Below are positions 37,765 through 49,910 of a DNA stretch of 64,000 nt, piece by piece (the stretch's first letter is position 1; the number at the start of each line of letters is the position of its first letter). The stretch covers positions 18,166,001-18,230,000 of the forward strand of contig NC_043022.1 in NCBI RefSeq assembly GCF_006345805.1, in the 5' to 3' direction. A program made the position numbers and the translations under genes. The notes under the pieces were generated by a model, which made no database searches, had not been told where the DNA came from, and saw only the letters and a list, made by a program, of their open reading frames with translations. Source of the stretch: Octopus sinensis (Eukaryota).

Positions 37765-38392
37765 TTAACCCATTAAGTCCCACTATCCTATATGGATGGA
37801 AGCACTCCGTCGGTTACGACGATGAGGGTTCCGGTTGATCCGAATCAACGGAACAGCCTGCTCGTGAAATTAACGTGTAAGTGGCTGAGCACTCCACAGA
37901 CACGTGTACCCTTAACGTAGTTCTCGGGGATATTCAGCGTGACACAGAGAGTGACAAGGCCGGCCCTTTGAAATACAGGTACACCAGAAACAGGAAGTAA
38001 GAGTGAGAGAAAGTTGTGGTGAAAGAGTACAGCAGGGATCACCACCATCCCCTGCCGGAGCCTCGTGGAGCTTTAGGTGTTTTCGCTCAATAAACACTCA
38101 CAGCGCCCGGTCTGGGAATCGAAACCGCGATCCTATGACCGCGAGTCCGCTGCCCTAACCACTGGGCCATTGCGCCTCCACTACTATCCTATAAATAGGA
38201 CACTAAATGAGAACATTAAATAAACTATATCACAGTCTCTGTGTCCTATTTATAGGACACCGAGTATTTCCATTTCTACTCGAAGTAAAGGAGTTTTAAT
38301 AATTTTTAAAAATTTTAACCTATTTTCAATCATTTGTAAAAATTTTAAAGTAATATTCAGAAATTAAAGTACACTGGGACTTAATGGGTTAA
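37765..38392. mobile_element. piggyBac-like MITE (~220 bp without the SINE)
   Basis: TTAA-cccattaagtccca ... tgggacttaatggg-TTAA: 14-bp perfect TIRs starting CCC, with TTAA duplication. Confidence 0.8.
37793..38181 (-). mobile_element. SINE A1 inserted into a piggyBac-like MITE
   Basis: 11-bp TSD actatcctata (37782-37792 / 38183-38193). Confidence 0.9.
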
Positions 38393-39063
38393 TTATTATT
38401 TAACAGTGGAAGGTGTGTCGTTAGTTAACAGTTTAGTTAATACTGTAGCGGTTTTGTTAGTTAACGATGTAGTTACTTTGTTAGTTAACACTGTTGTTAG
38501 TTAACAGTTCACGGCGTCCCGTAAACACGACTATAGAAGCACCGGCGTTGTTTCTTCAAGATATTTTGGTATTTGTCTGACCATCCACGGGTCAACTTCT
38601 TCGCGAGACCTTTCACATGGTTTAACAGTTAAAGAATAAAGAAATGAAAAAACAGGCGAGTAATAAATATAATTCTATGATTTGGTACATTGGAATATGG
38701 TTATAAATTAACAGGAGGGTCCATCTGATGGAGTAATCGAACCAAACACGTGACCGGTATTGATTTTATCGTCCTCAGTGTAAAGAGGAAATACAAAAGA
38801 AAAATGGACGCCAGCAACGTTTATGACACAGGATTATATTAAGATTTTTTGAAAATATATCAAAACGTGTTAAATATATTTAATATATTTTAATATATTT
38901 TAATATATTAAAATATAAAATCAAAAATATTCTTAATAAATAAATAATATAAAACAATATACAAACAAAATATAATGAAAAATAACCAAAAGAATCACAA
39001 ACAAGTGTTTATATCACTTCATTTGACTGCATTTCATAGTTTTTTCATTATTTTTAGATCTGT

Positions 39064-40125
39064 TCACACCTGGTTGTTGTTGCTGTATGAATCAATTTTC
39101 TGTCTGAGAGGCAGATCGCTCTCATTTTGGGAATGTATACACAGACATGCGCAATAAACTTCAAAGAAAGTGTTTCTGAATTTCTGACTCATGGTACAGT
39201 AAAGTACGAAGTTGATAGCATTGTTTACGAGAGCGATAATGTCCATGAGGTCGCCGAGTGGTACGTAAATGAAGTCGAAGGTGTTCGGTGTGGTGATGCT
39301 CATCACAATCAATATACCTTGGGGTAATTCAGTCACGAGAAACAGAACAATTACCGTCAACAGCATCTTCGTTGTTCGGGAATGTTCTGAGAGGCGAGTC
39401 CGATTGGCGCAAGATATCTGCATCATTTGCTTGCGCCGGCGCGTCTTTTCATGTATCTTATAAATAAGGAGACCTCCGAATATGAAGATGAGGACGCAAG
39501 GCAGCAACTTCCCTGTTATGGCGTACAGCCAATAGTTAAGAATTATTGCCGCCTGAGAGTCGGAATTGATCAAATTATCGTCAATGATCAGATAGACAGT
39601 TTGATTGTCCATCGTTGGTTTCTCGACGATTTTCTTCGTTATGAAGTTTGGTGTCATCATTACGGCCGAAAAGACATAAATACTCATTATGAAGATCCGA
39701 GATAGTTTCAGCCGTCGTAACCGGACGTATTCCCCGCGGGCCGGCGACCTTAAATGAGCGTAGCGTATGATGGAGAGCAGAACACACAACCAGATCGATA
39801 TGGTGTGTGTGGTGTTGACCAAGTTCAAATGGAAAAGCATGAACCACGTCCAGCTTTTGTTGTTTTTGGTCGGTGACAGCTGCATCGGGTTATTTAAGAT
39901 GTAAAAATGGATGGCAAACGGAACATAAGATACCATTGTGATCATATCGGAAACAGCCAACCAACTGAGAATATTATTGACCGGAGTTCGCATATTCTTG
40001 CGAGATAAAACAGTAATGTTGAAAATACTGGTGACAATACCGAACACACAAACACACGTACTCAAGTAACCATGGATGCCCGCATACCAAGTACCGAACG
40101 TCAATAATGAATGCGAATGCGTCAT
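39064..40125 (-). CDS. Intronless rhodopsin-class peptide GPCR, myosuppressin-receptor/dmsr-1-like (7TM_GPCR_Srw-type), 353 aa
   Basis: Uninterrupted ORF with seven hydrophobic segments and family-type motifs: YAGIHGYLS..FG...FNITVLSRKNMRTPVNNILSWLAVSD (TM1-2), WTWFMLFH...HTISIWLCVLLSIIRY (TM3, xRY in place of DRY), KLLPCVLI (TM5), RTTKMLLTVIVLFLVTELPQG (TM6), NNAINFVLYCTMSQKFR (TM7/helix 8). An in-frame TAA lies 6 codons upstream of the ATG. Confidence 0.93.
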   Translation of the reverse strand: MTHSHSLLTFGTWYAGIHGYLSTCVCVFGIVTSIFNITVLSRKNMRTPVNNILSWLAVSDMITMVSYVPFAIHFYILNNPMQLSPTKNNKSWTWFMLFHLNLVNTTHTISIWLCVLLSIIRYAHLRSPARGEYVRLRRLKLSRIFIMSIYVFSAVMMTPNFITKKIVEKPTMDNQTVYLIIDDNLINSDSQAAIILNYWLYAITGKLLPCVLIFIFGGLLIYKIHEKTRRRKQMMQISCANRTRLSEHSRTTKMLLTVIVLFLVTELPQGILIVMSITTPNTFDFIYVPLGDLMDIIALVNNAINFVLYCTMSQKFRNTFFEVYCACLCIHSQNESDLPLRQKIDSYSNNNQV

Positions 40126-40398
40126 TTTGTAAAGATTGTTTTACATATATATATATATATGTGTATGTATGTATATATATATATATATATATGTATGTGT
40201 ATGTATATATATATATATATATGTACGTATATCTTTATATCTTTATTTTTATATCTTCCTTGGTCTCAGTGTATATATATATATATATAAATGCATAAAT
40301 ATATGTATAAATATGTATGTATGTATGTAGGTATGTAGGTAGGTAGGTAGGTGGATAGGTAGGTATCTGTGTGTGTGTGTGTGTGTATGTATATAAAG

Positions 40399-40470
40399 TA
40401 GAGGCGCGTGTGCTGTGTGTGTAACTTTGCGTGACGGAAGGTTTATATGCCTGTGCGATCACGTGTTATG
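40399..40470 (-). promoter_or_regulatory. Candidate core promoter of the GPCR (TATA box and E-box)
   Basis: Small non-repetitive, CpG-containing island between microsatellites. Minus-strand TATAAA at 40447-40442, CACGTG at 40460-40465, TGACG half-site at 40432-40436, about 320 bp upstream of the ATG. Confidence 0.35.
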
Positions 40471-42797
40471 AGTTGTTTTACATGTGTGTGTGTGTGAGTG
40501 TGTGTTGATTAGTTTTGAAGTGTGTGATGATGTTGTTGTTGTTTAACCCCAGGTCAGTTCTAATCCAGCAAGCCTATGATGAAATACATGGCATCGCAAC
40601 AATTCCGTTTCTCTTCCTTTTCCTCATCAGATGTTCATTACCAATTTGCATTCCTACTTTTTTTTTAAGAAAAAAAACACACACACAAAAAATAGCAAAA
40701 ACGTTAAAGTGTGGTGGTTTGAAAGAAATTTGGATGCTATTTCTAGCAGATCAAGAGACCATATAGTGGCTTCCGGAATGGGAATGTATTAGTCCTTCAA
40801 CATTCGGAGACCTCCATCAAATGTTCTGCTTATCCATTCCCATTGTTTTAGATTAATTCCGGATTATCTCGTAGCTTTGAGATTTTGACAAGATTATTGT
40901 TTTATTTTAAGAATGACATTGTTGGGTATGTGTGAGAGGCCAGATTTGGCTGGTTTGAATATAAAACAAGTAGAATATTTGGACCCTGGGGGTATGACTA
41001 GTTTAAATACTAAAGGGATACATGGATATGGATGTACAATCCTTTGGCATTCAGTTTATTTCGCTGCCAAATGTAATCCTTATTCACATTGTTTGGAATT
41101 TCTCTTCATCTTCCAAATTTTGACGTCGCGATTGCATATTTTAAGGATGAACACTGCTGAGGAGACATCAGGGGCTGGATTTGGTTAGTTTGAACACAAA
41201 AGAGGGAGAATATTTGCGCCGGATATGTCCACTTTAAGGTGTATTGAAGTTCTTGTGTATCCGTTTTTATTCGCCGTGTCTGTGTGTCGATGTTAAATAC
41301 TTTGTCAAATGTGCGGACGTGTTAGCATTTTTATTATCTTTAAGCGATATTTAAAAAAATTTTATCTTCTTCACGCTTTGTTATCATTTTTATTGTTGTT
41401 GTTGTTGTTGTTGTTACTAATGGCGGTGGTGCTGGTGCTGTTATCGTTACTGTTGTTTTCTTAAAAAAAAAATTATTTAGTGACATTAATAATACAAAGA
41501 ACTTTTGTTTCTTCCCTCCTTTTTATTTCAATTATTTTTATTTGTCAAATTTATCTACTCTTTCTTTCTTCCTGCTCTTTCAATCTCTCTCTCCTTCTCT
41601 CTCTCTCTTTCTATTACTGTCTCAAAAGTATCTACTCCAGTGTTGTTTACCAATGTTTTTCACAACTGCAGCTGCTGCTTTAGCTAATGTTGCTGTTGTT
41701 GTTGCTGTTGTTGCTGTTTTTACTGCACTTGGAACTGTTTCCTCTATAGCTGAACTTTATGTTCATTCTGTTTATGTATGTTTTGAACGTGTATTATTAA
41801 TTCTGTTGCCGCTGATATTGCTGTAATCTGGGCTACTTTTGTTATTGTTGCGGCACCTATCGTTCTTGTTGTTATTGCTCCACTTAACACTATTGCTTCT
41901 GTAGTTGAACTTTATGTTGATTCTATTGATGTATTGTTTTTTTTTACTTGTTGTTGCTGCTGCTGTTATTGTTGGCGTAGTTGCTGTTATTGATGTCCTG
42001 TGCAGCATTTGATGGTGTTGTTATTGTTGTTGTTGTTCTCAATGATGTATTCTCTGTCTTGATGGTTTTGATTATTTATGTTGCTAGGAGCTGTCGTTTA
42101 CATTCCTTTCTAACACTTCAAAATTATCCTGCATTTCTCTACCTATCTTCCTCTCTCTCTCTCTCTCTCTCTCTCCTTTCTCCCTACTTCTCTCTTTTAC
42201 TTCCTCTCTTCCCTGTTTCTCCCTCTCTCTTTCTAACCCTTTTCTCTGTCTCTCCTTCCCGCTTTTTCTCCTTCATTCACGTCTCTCTCCCTTTCTCTCT
42301 TACAAACAATTTCCAACTGTTATAGAGACATACGCTTTCTCTCTGCCCCTTTCACTCTCCACACACTTTCCCCTTTACTTCCCTTTCAACCCTCTTACCC
42401 TCACCATCATCCACACTCACTCGTCTCTCTCTCTCTCTTTTCACACCGACTTTTTCTCTTTCAATCTCTCTCTCTTCTTCTCCCCCTCTGCCTCTCTTAC
42501 TCGCTTTGTCTTTTTACTACCATTGCTACTCATACTCTACTACCATCTTTCTCACTCACACTTCCCCATTTCACTTTATATATGAGTGTGTGTGTGAGTG
42601 AGTGAGTCAGTGCGTGTGTGTATATATGCGTGAGCCTGTGTCTTTTGCACGTGTGTGTGTGTGTGTGACCGTGTCCGTGTCCGTGTGTGTTCTTGAGTAT
42701 TTCTTCTCTTTATCTGTCTCTGTTGGTTTATATCCTATGTCAGTCATTTGTTCATTATAATTGGATCTCGATAATTGAATCACTGCAAAAATAAAAA

Positions 42798-42857
<60 letters not shown>

Positions 42858-42899
42858 TAATAATAATAATAATAATAATAATATAATGATAATAGTAAA

Positions 42900-43260
42900 A
42901 AAAATATGGCATCTCAAAAATGTGGCATCTCAAGGCGACTACAGTACCAGTGATTGTAGGAGCTCTAGGAATGATAAAAAAAAGGTACTGAAATCTATTT
43001 GAAAATGATACCAGGCTTACTATCCCTATAAGAGGTGCAAAAAATCGTGTTAACTGGAACGACTCATGTACTGAGAAGAGCATTATCGCTGTGAAATCAA
43101 CATCCATTCTTGAATTTATTTATTTATTTATCTTTTAAATACATATTTTACCTGTGAATTTGTGTGTGTAATCTGGGAATGCATACAATGAGCTTCTCTG
43201 CCCTAGGTGTACAGAAAACACTCGGTGAGAAACAGAAGAAAATTTGAAGAAAGAAGGAAA
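42900..43260 (+). mobile_element. R4/Dong-type 3' end, subfamily Y
   Basis: MWHLKATTVPVIVGALGMI..VQKIVLTGTTHVLRRAL-like frame plus a 3' UTR matching 28790-29140; flanked by (AAT)n on both sides. Confidence 0.8.
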
Positions 43261-43310
43261 TAATAATAATGATGATGATGATAATAATAATAATAATAAT
43301 AATATGTAAT

Positions 43311-44627
43311 CTTGACAGAAAAATACAGAAATTGTTGACAATGCACCACCCTATGAAAGATGTAGAACGGTTTTACCTGGCATGAAAAGATGGTGGCCGT
43401 GGACTTTTACAACTGGAATTAACAATGAAGATTGCCACAATTGGCCTAGACACCCACCTGAAAAACTCTGATGACTGGATTTTAAAACTTGTATTAAAGC
43501 ATGAAAACAAGAAAGCATCATACCCAGTAACAAAACAGGCAAAGGAATATCTAAGTGAATTCCAAATAGAACAAATCCCAGAATTAGACGTACTGGAAAC
43601 AAGCAGAGAAAAAGCTAAACGTATGAAAACCCGTGCTAAAACTGCTGCCTTAGATATTCTTATTGATAAATGGCAAGAAAAACCTCTCAATGGTAAATAC
43701 CCAAAGAGAGCGAATAATGCCGATGTTGACAAAGCCGTTACCCATCAATGGTTAGTGTCTTCTGGCTTAAAATCAGAAGCAGAAGGGTTTATCATAGCAG
43801 CCAAAGATCAATACTTACCTACAAGAAACTACCAGGCCAACATATTAAAGAAACGGCAGTAGCCCAACATGTGTATGTCAACAACAAAATGAAACCATTG
43901 ATCATGTTGTCTCCATGTGCAGTCTTCTTCTTTCGCCAACAGAGTATCTCAGCAGGCATGATAGAACAGCACAATATATTCACAGGGTAATTTGCAAAAG
44001 CCTGGACTTGCCCCGTGATAAAAACTTGTGGGAACACAAACCACCTCCAGTGCTTGAAAAAGATCACATCTCACTCCTCTGGAACTTCACCGTTCAAGCT
44101 GACAGAAAGATAGATGCGAATAGACCAGACATTATATTGAAAGACTTCAAACAAAGAACATGCCTCCTCATTGATATGACTGCCCCAATCGATATAAAAA
44201 CATCTGTCAAGACCTACCAAAAACTGAGCAAGTATAAAGATCATGAAATAGAAATTAGAAAAATGTGGAACCTGAAGACTAAAACAATACTTGTTGTCAT
44301 AGGTGCCCAAGGAATGATAGCAAAAGGGGCTGATTGCTACCTAGCTCAGATACGAGGAAACCCCAAAATGGCAGAAATTCAAAAGATAGTGCTCATGGGA
44401 ACTGCCCAGATCCTATGTAGAATACTTTCTATGTAATCTCATGTTTTAAAACAAACATAATTTTCTTATGGTTTCTTAAACATTCACTAGTACAACACTA
44501 TGTACAAAACCAAATATTTGGCACCCTAGGCATAACACAAACACGAACTTCTAACTTGTCTCTTGAGGTCTCTGGGTGAGACTTGGAGTCAACTTGTGCA
44601 AATGCTAAGCAAAATTCAAACATAAAA

Positions 44628-44630
<3 letters not shown>
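43311..44630 (+). mobile_element. 5'-truncated R4/Dong-type non-LTR retrotransposon (RT C-terminus, CCHC knuckle, restriction-like endonuclease, 3' UTR); subfamily X
   Basis: Disrupted frames give LDRKIQKLLTMHHP..RFYL..DGGRGLLQLE, WQEKPLNGKYP, THQWL..GLKSEAEGFIIAAKDQ, C.CQQQNETIDHVVSMC, RHD, NRPDIILKD..CLLIDM, KLSKYKD, KIVLMGTAQIL. Preceded by (AAT)n and followed by (TAC)n(AAT)n. Confidence 0.88.
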
Positions 44631-44701
<71 letters not shown>

Positions 44702-44863
44702 ATAATAATAATAATAATGATAATAATAATAATAATAACAACAGTCCTTATCACATTAGTGATAATAATAATCATAACAATATCAATAATAATTATGACA
44801 GCAATAATAATAATAATACTACTGATAAAAAAATATTAATAAATATAGGAGAGTGTATGTGTG

Positions 44864-44920
<57 letters not shown>

Positions 44921-45249
44921 TGAGAAAATTGAATTGGTCAAGGTTACAAATGAACGAGATTAATTCAATATTTGAAGAAGGCGAACGACACAGGTGAGCG
45001 AGAATGAGCTTTAATGAAGCCACAAAGGCAGGACAGGTGTGTAAGTGGCGAAATTTATAACAAATTTGTGAGAAACCATTGGAGATGAAGGTAGAAGATT
45101 CATCATCCTCTTCGTGTTTTCTGTGAGTGGTGGTGGTGGTGGTGGTGGTGGAAGGAATGAGGGTAGAAGCTCAAGAAGATGTGCCATGCCGTGTCATCAT
45201 TTTAAAGGACCTCCTTAAGTTCTGGCTTTGACGGAGTCAAGGAGTGGTG

Positions 45250-46610
45250 GTGGTGGTGGTGATGTGCGTGGGTGGGGTATCGTAGTGACGTTTTATTTCG
45301 TCGCGTCGTCGTCGTCGACGTTCTCACCCTCGTCATCCTCTTTCTACTCCTCCTCCGCCTCCACCACCTCCTCCTCCTCCTCCTCATCATCATCATCATT
45401 ATCATCATCTTCAGCAGCAGTGTCGTTCGTGTGATCGTCGCCATCAACATTATCATCATCATCATCATCATCGCCATCACCGCCAGCAAAACAGCGCCGC
45501 CGCCGTTGTCATCATCATCATCATCATCGTCGTCACCGCCATCATTATCAACATCGTTGGCGTCGTTGTGGCCTTTATCCTCCTCCTCCTTCTCCTCCTC
45601 CTCCTCCTCCTCCTCCTCATCATCATCATCATTATTATTATCATTATCATTATCCTCAAAATCCTTAAAATGTTTTAGCCCGAAGGCCGCGGCCATTATT
45701 ATTATTATTATTATTATCATCATTATTATTATTATTATTATCTTTCTTAATGTCTAAGAACATTTCCTTTTCAATCCTAGGGGAGTCGATCTTTATCCAG
45801 CTCTGACTAATCCTAAATTCTTCCAGAAAGATAGAGAAAGAGACAGAGAGGCCGACAATCAGCGAGAAAGAAAGTGTGAGAGAAAAAGAAGAACCAGGCT
45901 CCGGTGCAGGACTGGTACTTTCTTTATCGATCCCCGAAAGAAATGAAAGACAAAGTTGGCCTAGGCGGGATTTGAACTCCGAGCGTAGAGAACTGCAACG
46001 ATCTCAACAAAGCAATCAACTCGACATTCAAACGACTCAGTCAATCGACCCACAGGAAGCCTGCTGCTTTTTCTATCCAATATTCACAAGCTATTATTTA
46101 TAGCATTATTTACTTCGAATTTCTCCGTTCCAAAACATAAATTATTTCACGTTCTCCCGAAGTTTCTAAGTTCTTTACGATGTCAAAAAATATAAAATAT
46201 ATGTTTATAGGAGTATTTAGACTTGCTACTTTGTTTGTACCTGTTGTATATGATCAATTAGCTTCATCGAAGCCATACTAATCACAGGAGTGTAAATCAG
46301 AAATCGGAGCCGAATTTTTATCAGTAATTAGGTAATTCAATGCCGTTTAAAGCAATAAATATTTGAAACGAAAATGGTAAATACGGTAATGAAAATGTCT
46401 TCCAGAAGTTGATTTATGCAGGCAAAACATTCAGCAGAAATTTGATATGACTTTAATTAGGTGTGAATCGTAAGCACTTCAGCTCGGAAGAAAAAAGAAA
46501 AGTTCATTAAAAATCTTAGATAATCTCCAACCGATGTTGATTATCTTCAGCGTCGAATAAACCATTCTATAACCATCAGAGATTCATCATCATCATCGTC
46601 GTCATCGTCG

Positions 46611-46645
<35 letters not shown>

Positions 46646-46816
46646 GCTGTTCGTAATTGCACATCCTCCTCTTCCTCCGCCGCCTACTCTTCCTCCTCCT
46701 TGTCATCATCATCATCATCGTCATCATCGTCAGCATCATCATCATCATCATCATCATCATCATAATCGTCATACTCCTCCTCCTCCTCCTCCTCATCATC
46801 ATCATCATCGTCGTCG

Positions 46817-46847
<31 letters not shown>

Positions 46848-46955
46848 CATCATCATCCTCATCATCGTCGTCATCATCATCATATCATCATCATCATCAT
46901 CATCATCATCATCGTCATCATCATCATTGTCATCGTCGTCATCATCGTCATTATC
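45250..46955. repeat. Two (TCA)/(TCC)/(TCG) trinucleotide blocks
   Basis: Direct reading of 45250-45740 and 46585-46955. Confidence 0.88.
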
Positions 46956-47575
46956 GTTCGTAATTCCATATTTCTTGATTGACTCAACGATCCATTCCCA
47001 GGTCAGTCTCCGTGATGAGAACCTTTCCTTTCATGTCTGGCTTTCCCCCACCCCAACCCCACCCTACCCCTCTGTCCCAGCTTCCTGCTGCTCCCTTTCA
47101 TCTTCATTTATGACCCTTCAACATTCCATTCGTACCAATATCCAAATGATCGCAAAAACACACGAAAGTCCGCCAGGAATTACTGCTATGGCAGTGTCCT
47201 TTTTTTGTCATCTGCCATTCTCACCTAAACACTTCCCCAGAGTTTTGCTGATAATCTAAATTCATTCCAGACATGCAACAAACTTTTCCAGTCTTTTTTT
47301 TTTCCTGTTTTCTAAATGCTAAACTTTCTTCCTCCATTTTTTTCAACACCCGCCATTACAGTGAACTTCGACTACGAACAAAAATGTTTTGTGATTTTTC
47401 TTCCGGCTCTTGACGTTCTGAGTTCAAATGCTATCGAGATCGACCTTGCCTAAGACTCTTTCAGGGCAGCGCTGGATTAACCATTAAGTAAAACAAGCAC
47501 GTATTTAGGGCATCATGGGAAGAGAAGGATGGGGCACCGCAGAAATGGTAAATGGTTCACAGCACAAAATAAATT

Positions 47576-47975
47576 ACTCTCTCTTTTACTTGTTTCAGTC
47601 ATTTGACTGAGGCCATGCTGGAGCATCGCCTTTAGTCGAGCAAATCGACCCCGGGACTTATTTTTTCTGTAAGCCCAGTACTTATTCTATCGGTCTCTTT
47701 TGCCGAACCGCTTAGTGACGGGGACGTAAACACACCAGCATCGGTTGTCAAGCAATGCTAGGGGGACAAACACACAAGCACACATACATATACATATATA
47801 TACATATATACGACAGGCTTCTTTCAGTTTCCGTCTACCAAATCCACTCACAAGGCATTGGTCGGCCCGGGGCTATAGCAGAAGACACTTGCCCAAGATG
47901 CCACGCAGTGGGACTGAACCCGGAACCATATGGTTGGTTAGCAACGCTACTTACCACACAGCCACTCCTGCGCCT
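47576..47975 (-). mobile_element. SINE B, full length
   Basis: Near-identical to 126-537. Confidence 0.88.
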
Positions 47976-48465
47976 ATGGTTTATTTGTTTATATTTTATA
48001 TTACATATATTCTGTTGTGTCAGGGAAGAGTAATTCTCTTTTAGTGCCTTATAATTTAACACACGCACCGGTAAAATTTCCACTCATTTCCTTCTTTATT
48101 TTTCTAATATGGAGACAGCAAAATCCTATAAGTGTTTGGGACTTCTATGGGTCTTAATCTGGTCCCATTTCAGAGTCGCAAAAATAAGTACCAGCTGAGC
48201 ACTGGTTGTGTTCTAAAAACTAGAAAGAATATTTCAGCAACAACCATTTTTTATTTGGGTTTGTAGTTGCACCTGTACGTCAATTCACTTAAGAAATTTC
48301 TCGGTGTCTGTGTGGTAAGAAGCCTACTCCCCAGCCACATGGTTCAGGGTTCAGTCCCACTGTGTGACACCTTGGGCAAGAGTCTTCTACTATAGGCTCG
48401 GACCGACCAAAGCCTGTGAGTGGATTTGGCAGACGGAAACTGAAAGAAGCCTGTCGTATATATGT

Positions 48466-48521
<56 letters not shown>

Positions 48522-48635
48522 TTTCTCAAAACTTGTACCTCTCATTTTGTCTTTCCTTCATTTTCACTTACTCGTCATTCATATATATACGCACACACAC
48601 AAATACACACACATATATATTTACATTCACACACG

Positions 48636-48706
<71 letters not shown>

Positions 48707-48734
48707 TATATATATATAAAGTTAATCCAAACAA

Positions 48735-48900
48735 GAAGACAAAAACAAAAAAACAACAACGCAAGGACGGAACAAATAAAATATTATTGGACGCTCAGGA
48801 AAGAAGGGAAGAAGGAGGGCTTGACGTTTCGAGCGGAGCTCTTCGTCAGAAACATAGGAGAAGGAAAGATCCCGAGAAGGGAAGACAGGGGGAAAAAATC
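48735..48900 (-). mobile_element. Penelope-like pseudo-LTR fragment with minimal hammerhead-like motif (divergent subfamily)
   Basis: Minus strand gttt-CTGACGAA-GAGCtccGCTC-GAAACGTC-aagc at 48849-48822, followed by ttcctgagcgtccaataata as in the other copies; the 3' side abuts (TA)n. Confidence 0.55.
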
Positions 48901-49810
48901 GCTAGTGATACAGTGTTTGTATATATGTATATATATTTTATGTGCTCACATATATACACACGCACACGTATATGTATATATACACATATACATATATTGT
49001 TTGCATATATGTATATATATTTTATGTGCACGTACACACACACACACACACACACATGTTCATATATATACATATTCTATCTCCTGGCTCTGAATCAAAA
49101 CCCCATCTGTTCAAATTTAAATGTTTTACATAAAACCAAAATCGAATATCTGCTGAGTCATGCAAATTACCTGAAATTATTTTTAAAACCGTTCGACAGT
49201 GAAAAGATAATTATTTATAATATTAGATAAATATATTAGCGAGAATATCACTCATTCCATTGAAGTTATTTCAAAGAAAAACGAATAAATATTTCAGTTG
49301 ATTTAAATTAATTATTTTTGACAGCTAAAACACTAAATGATCTTAATGGAATTAAGATAGTGATTTTTAGAAGTAAAAAATAATTAAAATATTTCAAACA
49401 GTCACTGGGTAATCAATAAATTCTAATAATGGTTTCAAATTTTGCCACAAGGGCAGCAATTTTGGTGGAGGGGAATGTCCCAAAATTATGAAAGGCAAAG
49501 TCGACCTCGGCGGAATTTGAACTCAGAACGTAGCGAAGGGCGAAATACCACGAAACATTTTCATCCAGCGCACTGATTCTTTTGTATTCTATGCACAAGG
49601 TCCGAGTTTTTTTTTGGGGGGGGGGGGAGCAATCAATTAGATTGACCCAGTATGTAACTGGTACTTAATTTGTCGAACCCGAAAGGATGAAAGGCAAAGT
49701 CGACCTCGGCGGAATTTGAACTCAGAACATAAAGACAGACGAAATACCTATTTCTATTTCTTTACTACCCACAAGGGCTAAACACAGAGAGGACAAACAA
49801 GGACAGACAA

Positions 49811-49910
49811 NNNNNNNNNNNNNNNNNNNNNNNNNNNNNNNNNNNNNNNNNNNNNNNNNNNNNNNNNNNNNNNNNNNNNNNNNNNNNNNNNNNNNNNNNN
49901 NNNNNNNNNN
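49811..49910. other. Assembly gap (100 N)
   Basis: A run of exactly 100 N, typical of a scaffolding join of unknown size. Confidence 0.98.

Larger units (their letters stand above)
37470..38510. repeat. Degenerate ~23-bp GTTAAC-containing minisatellite split by the piggyBac-like MITE
   Basis: gttagttaac-type units at 37470-37764 and 38393-38510. Confidence 0.7.

Noticed and set aside
38715-38760. Hammerhead-like words (ctgatggag..cgaacc) downstream of the GPCR
   Set aside because: Core is broken (no CUGANGA/GAAA) and no consistent stems.
39127-39847. Overlapping ORFs on other frames or the antisense strand of the GPCR
   Set aside because: Shadow frames of a genuine coding region; no independent motifs.
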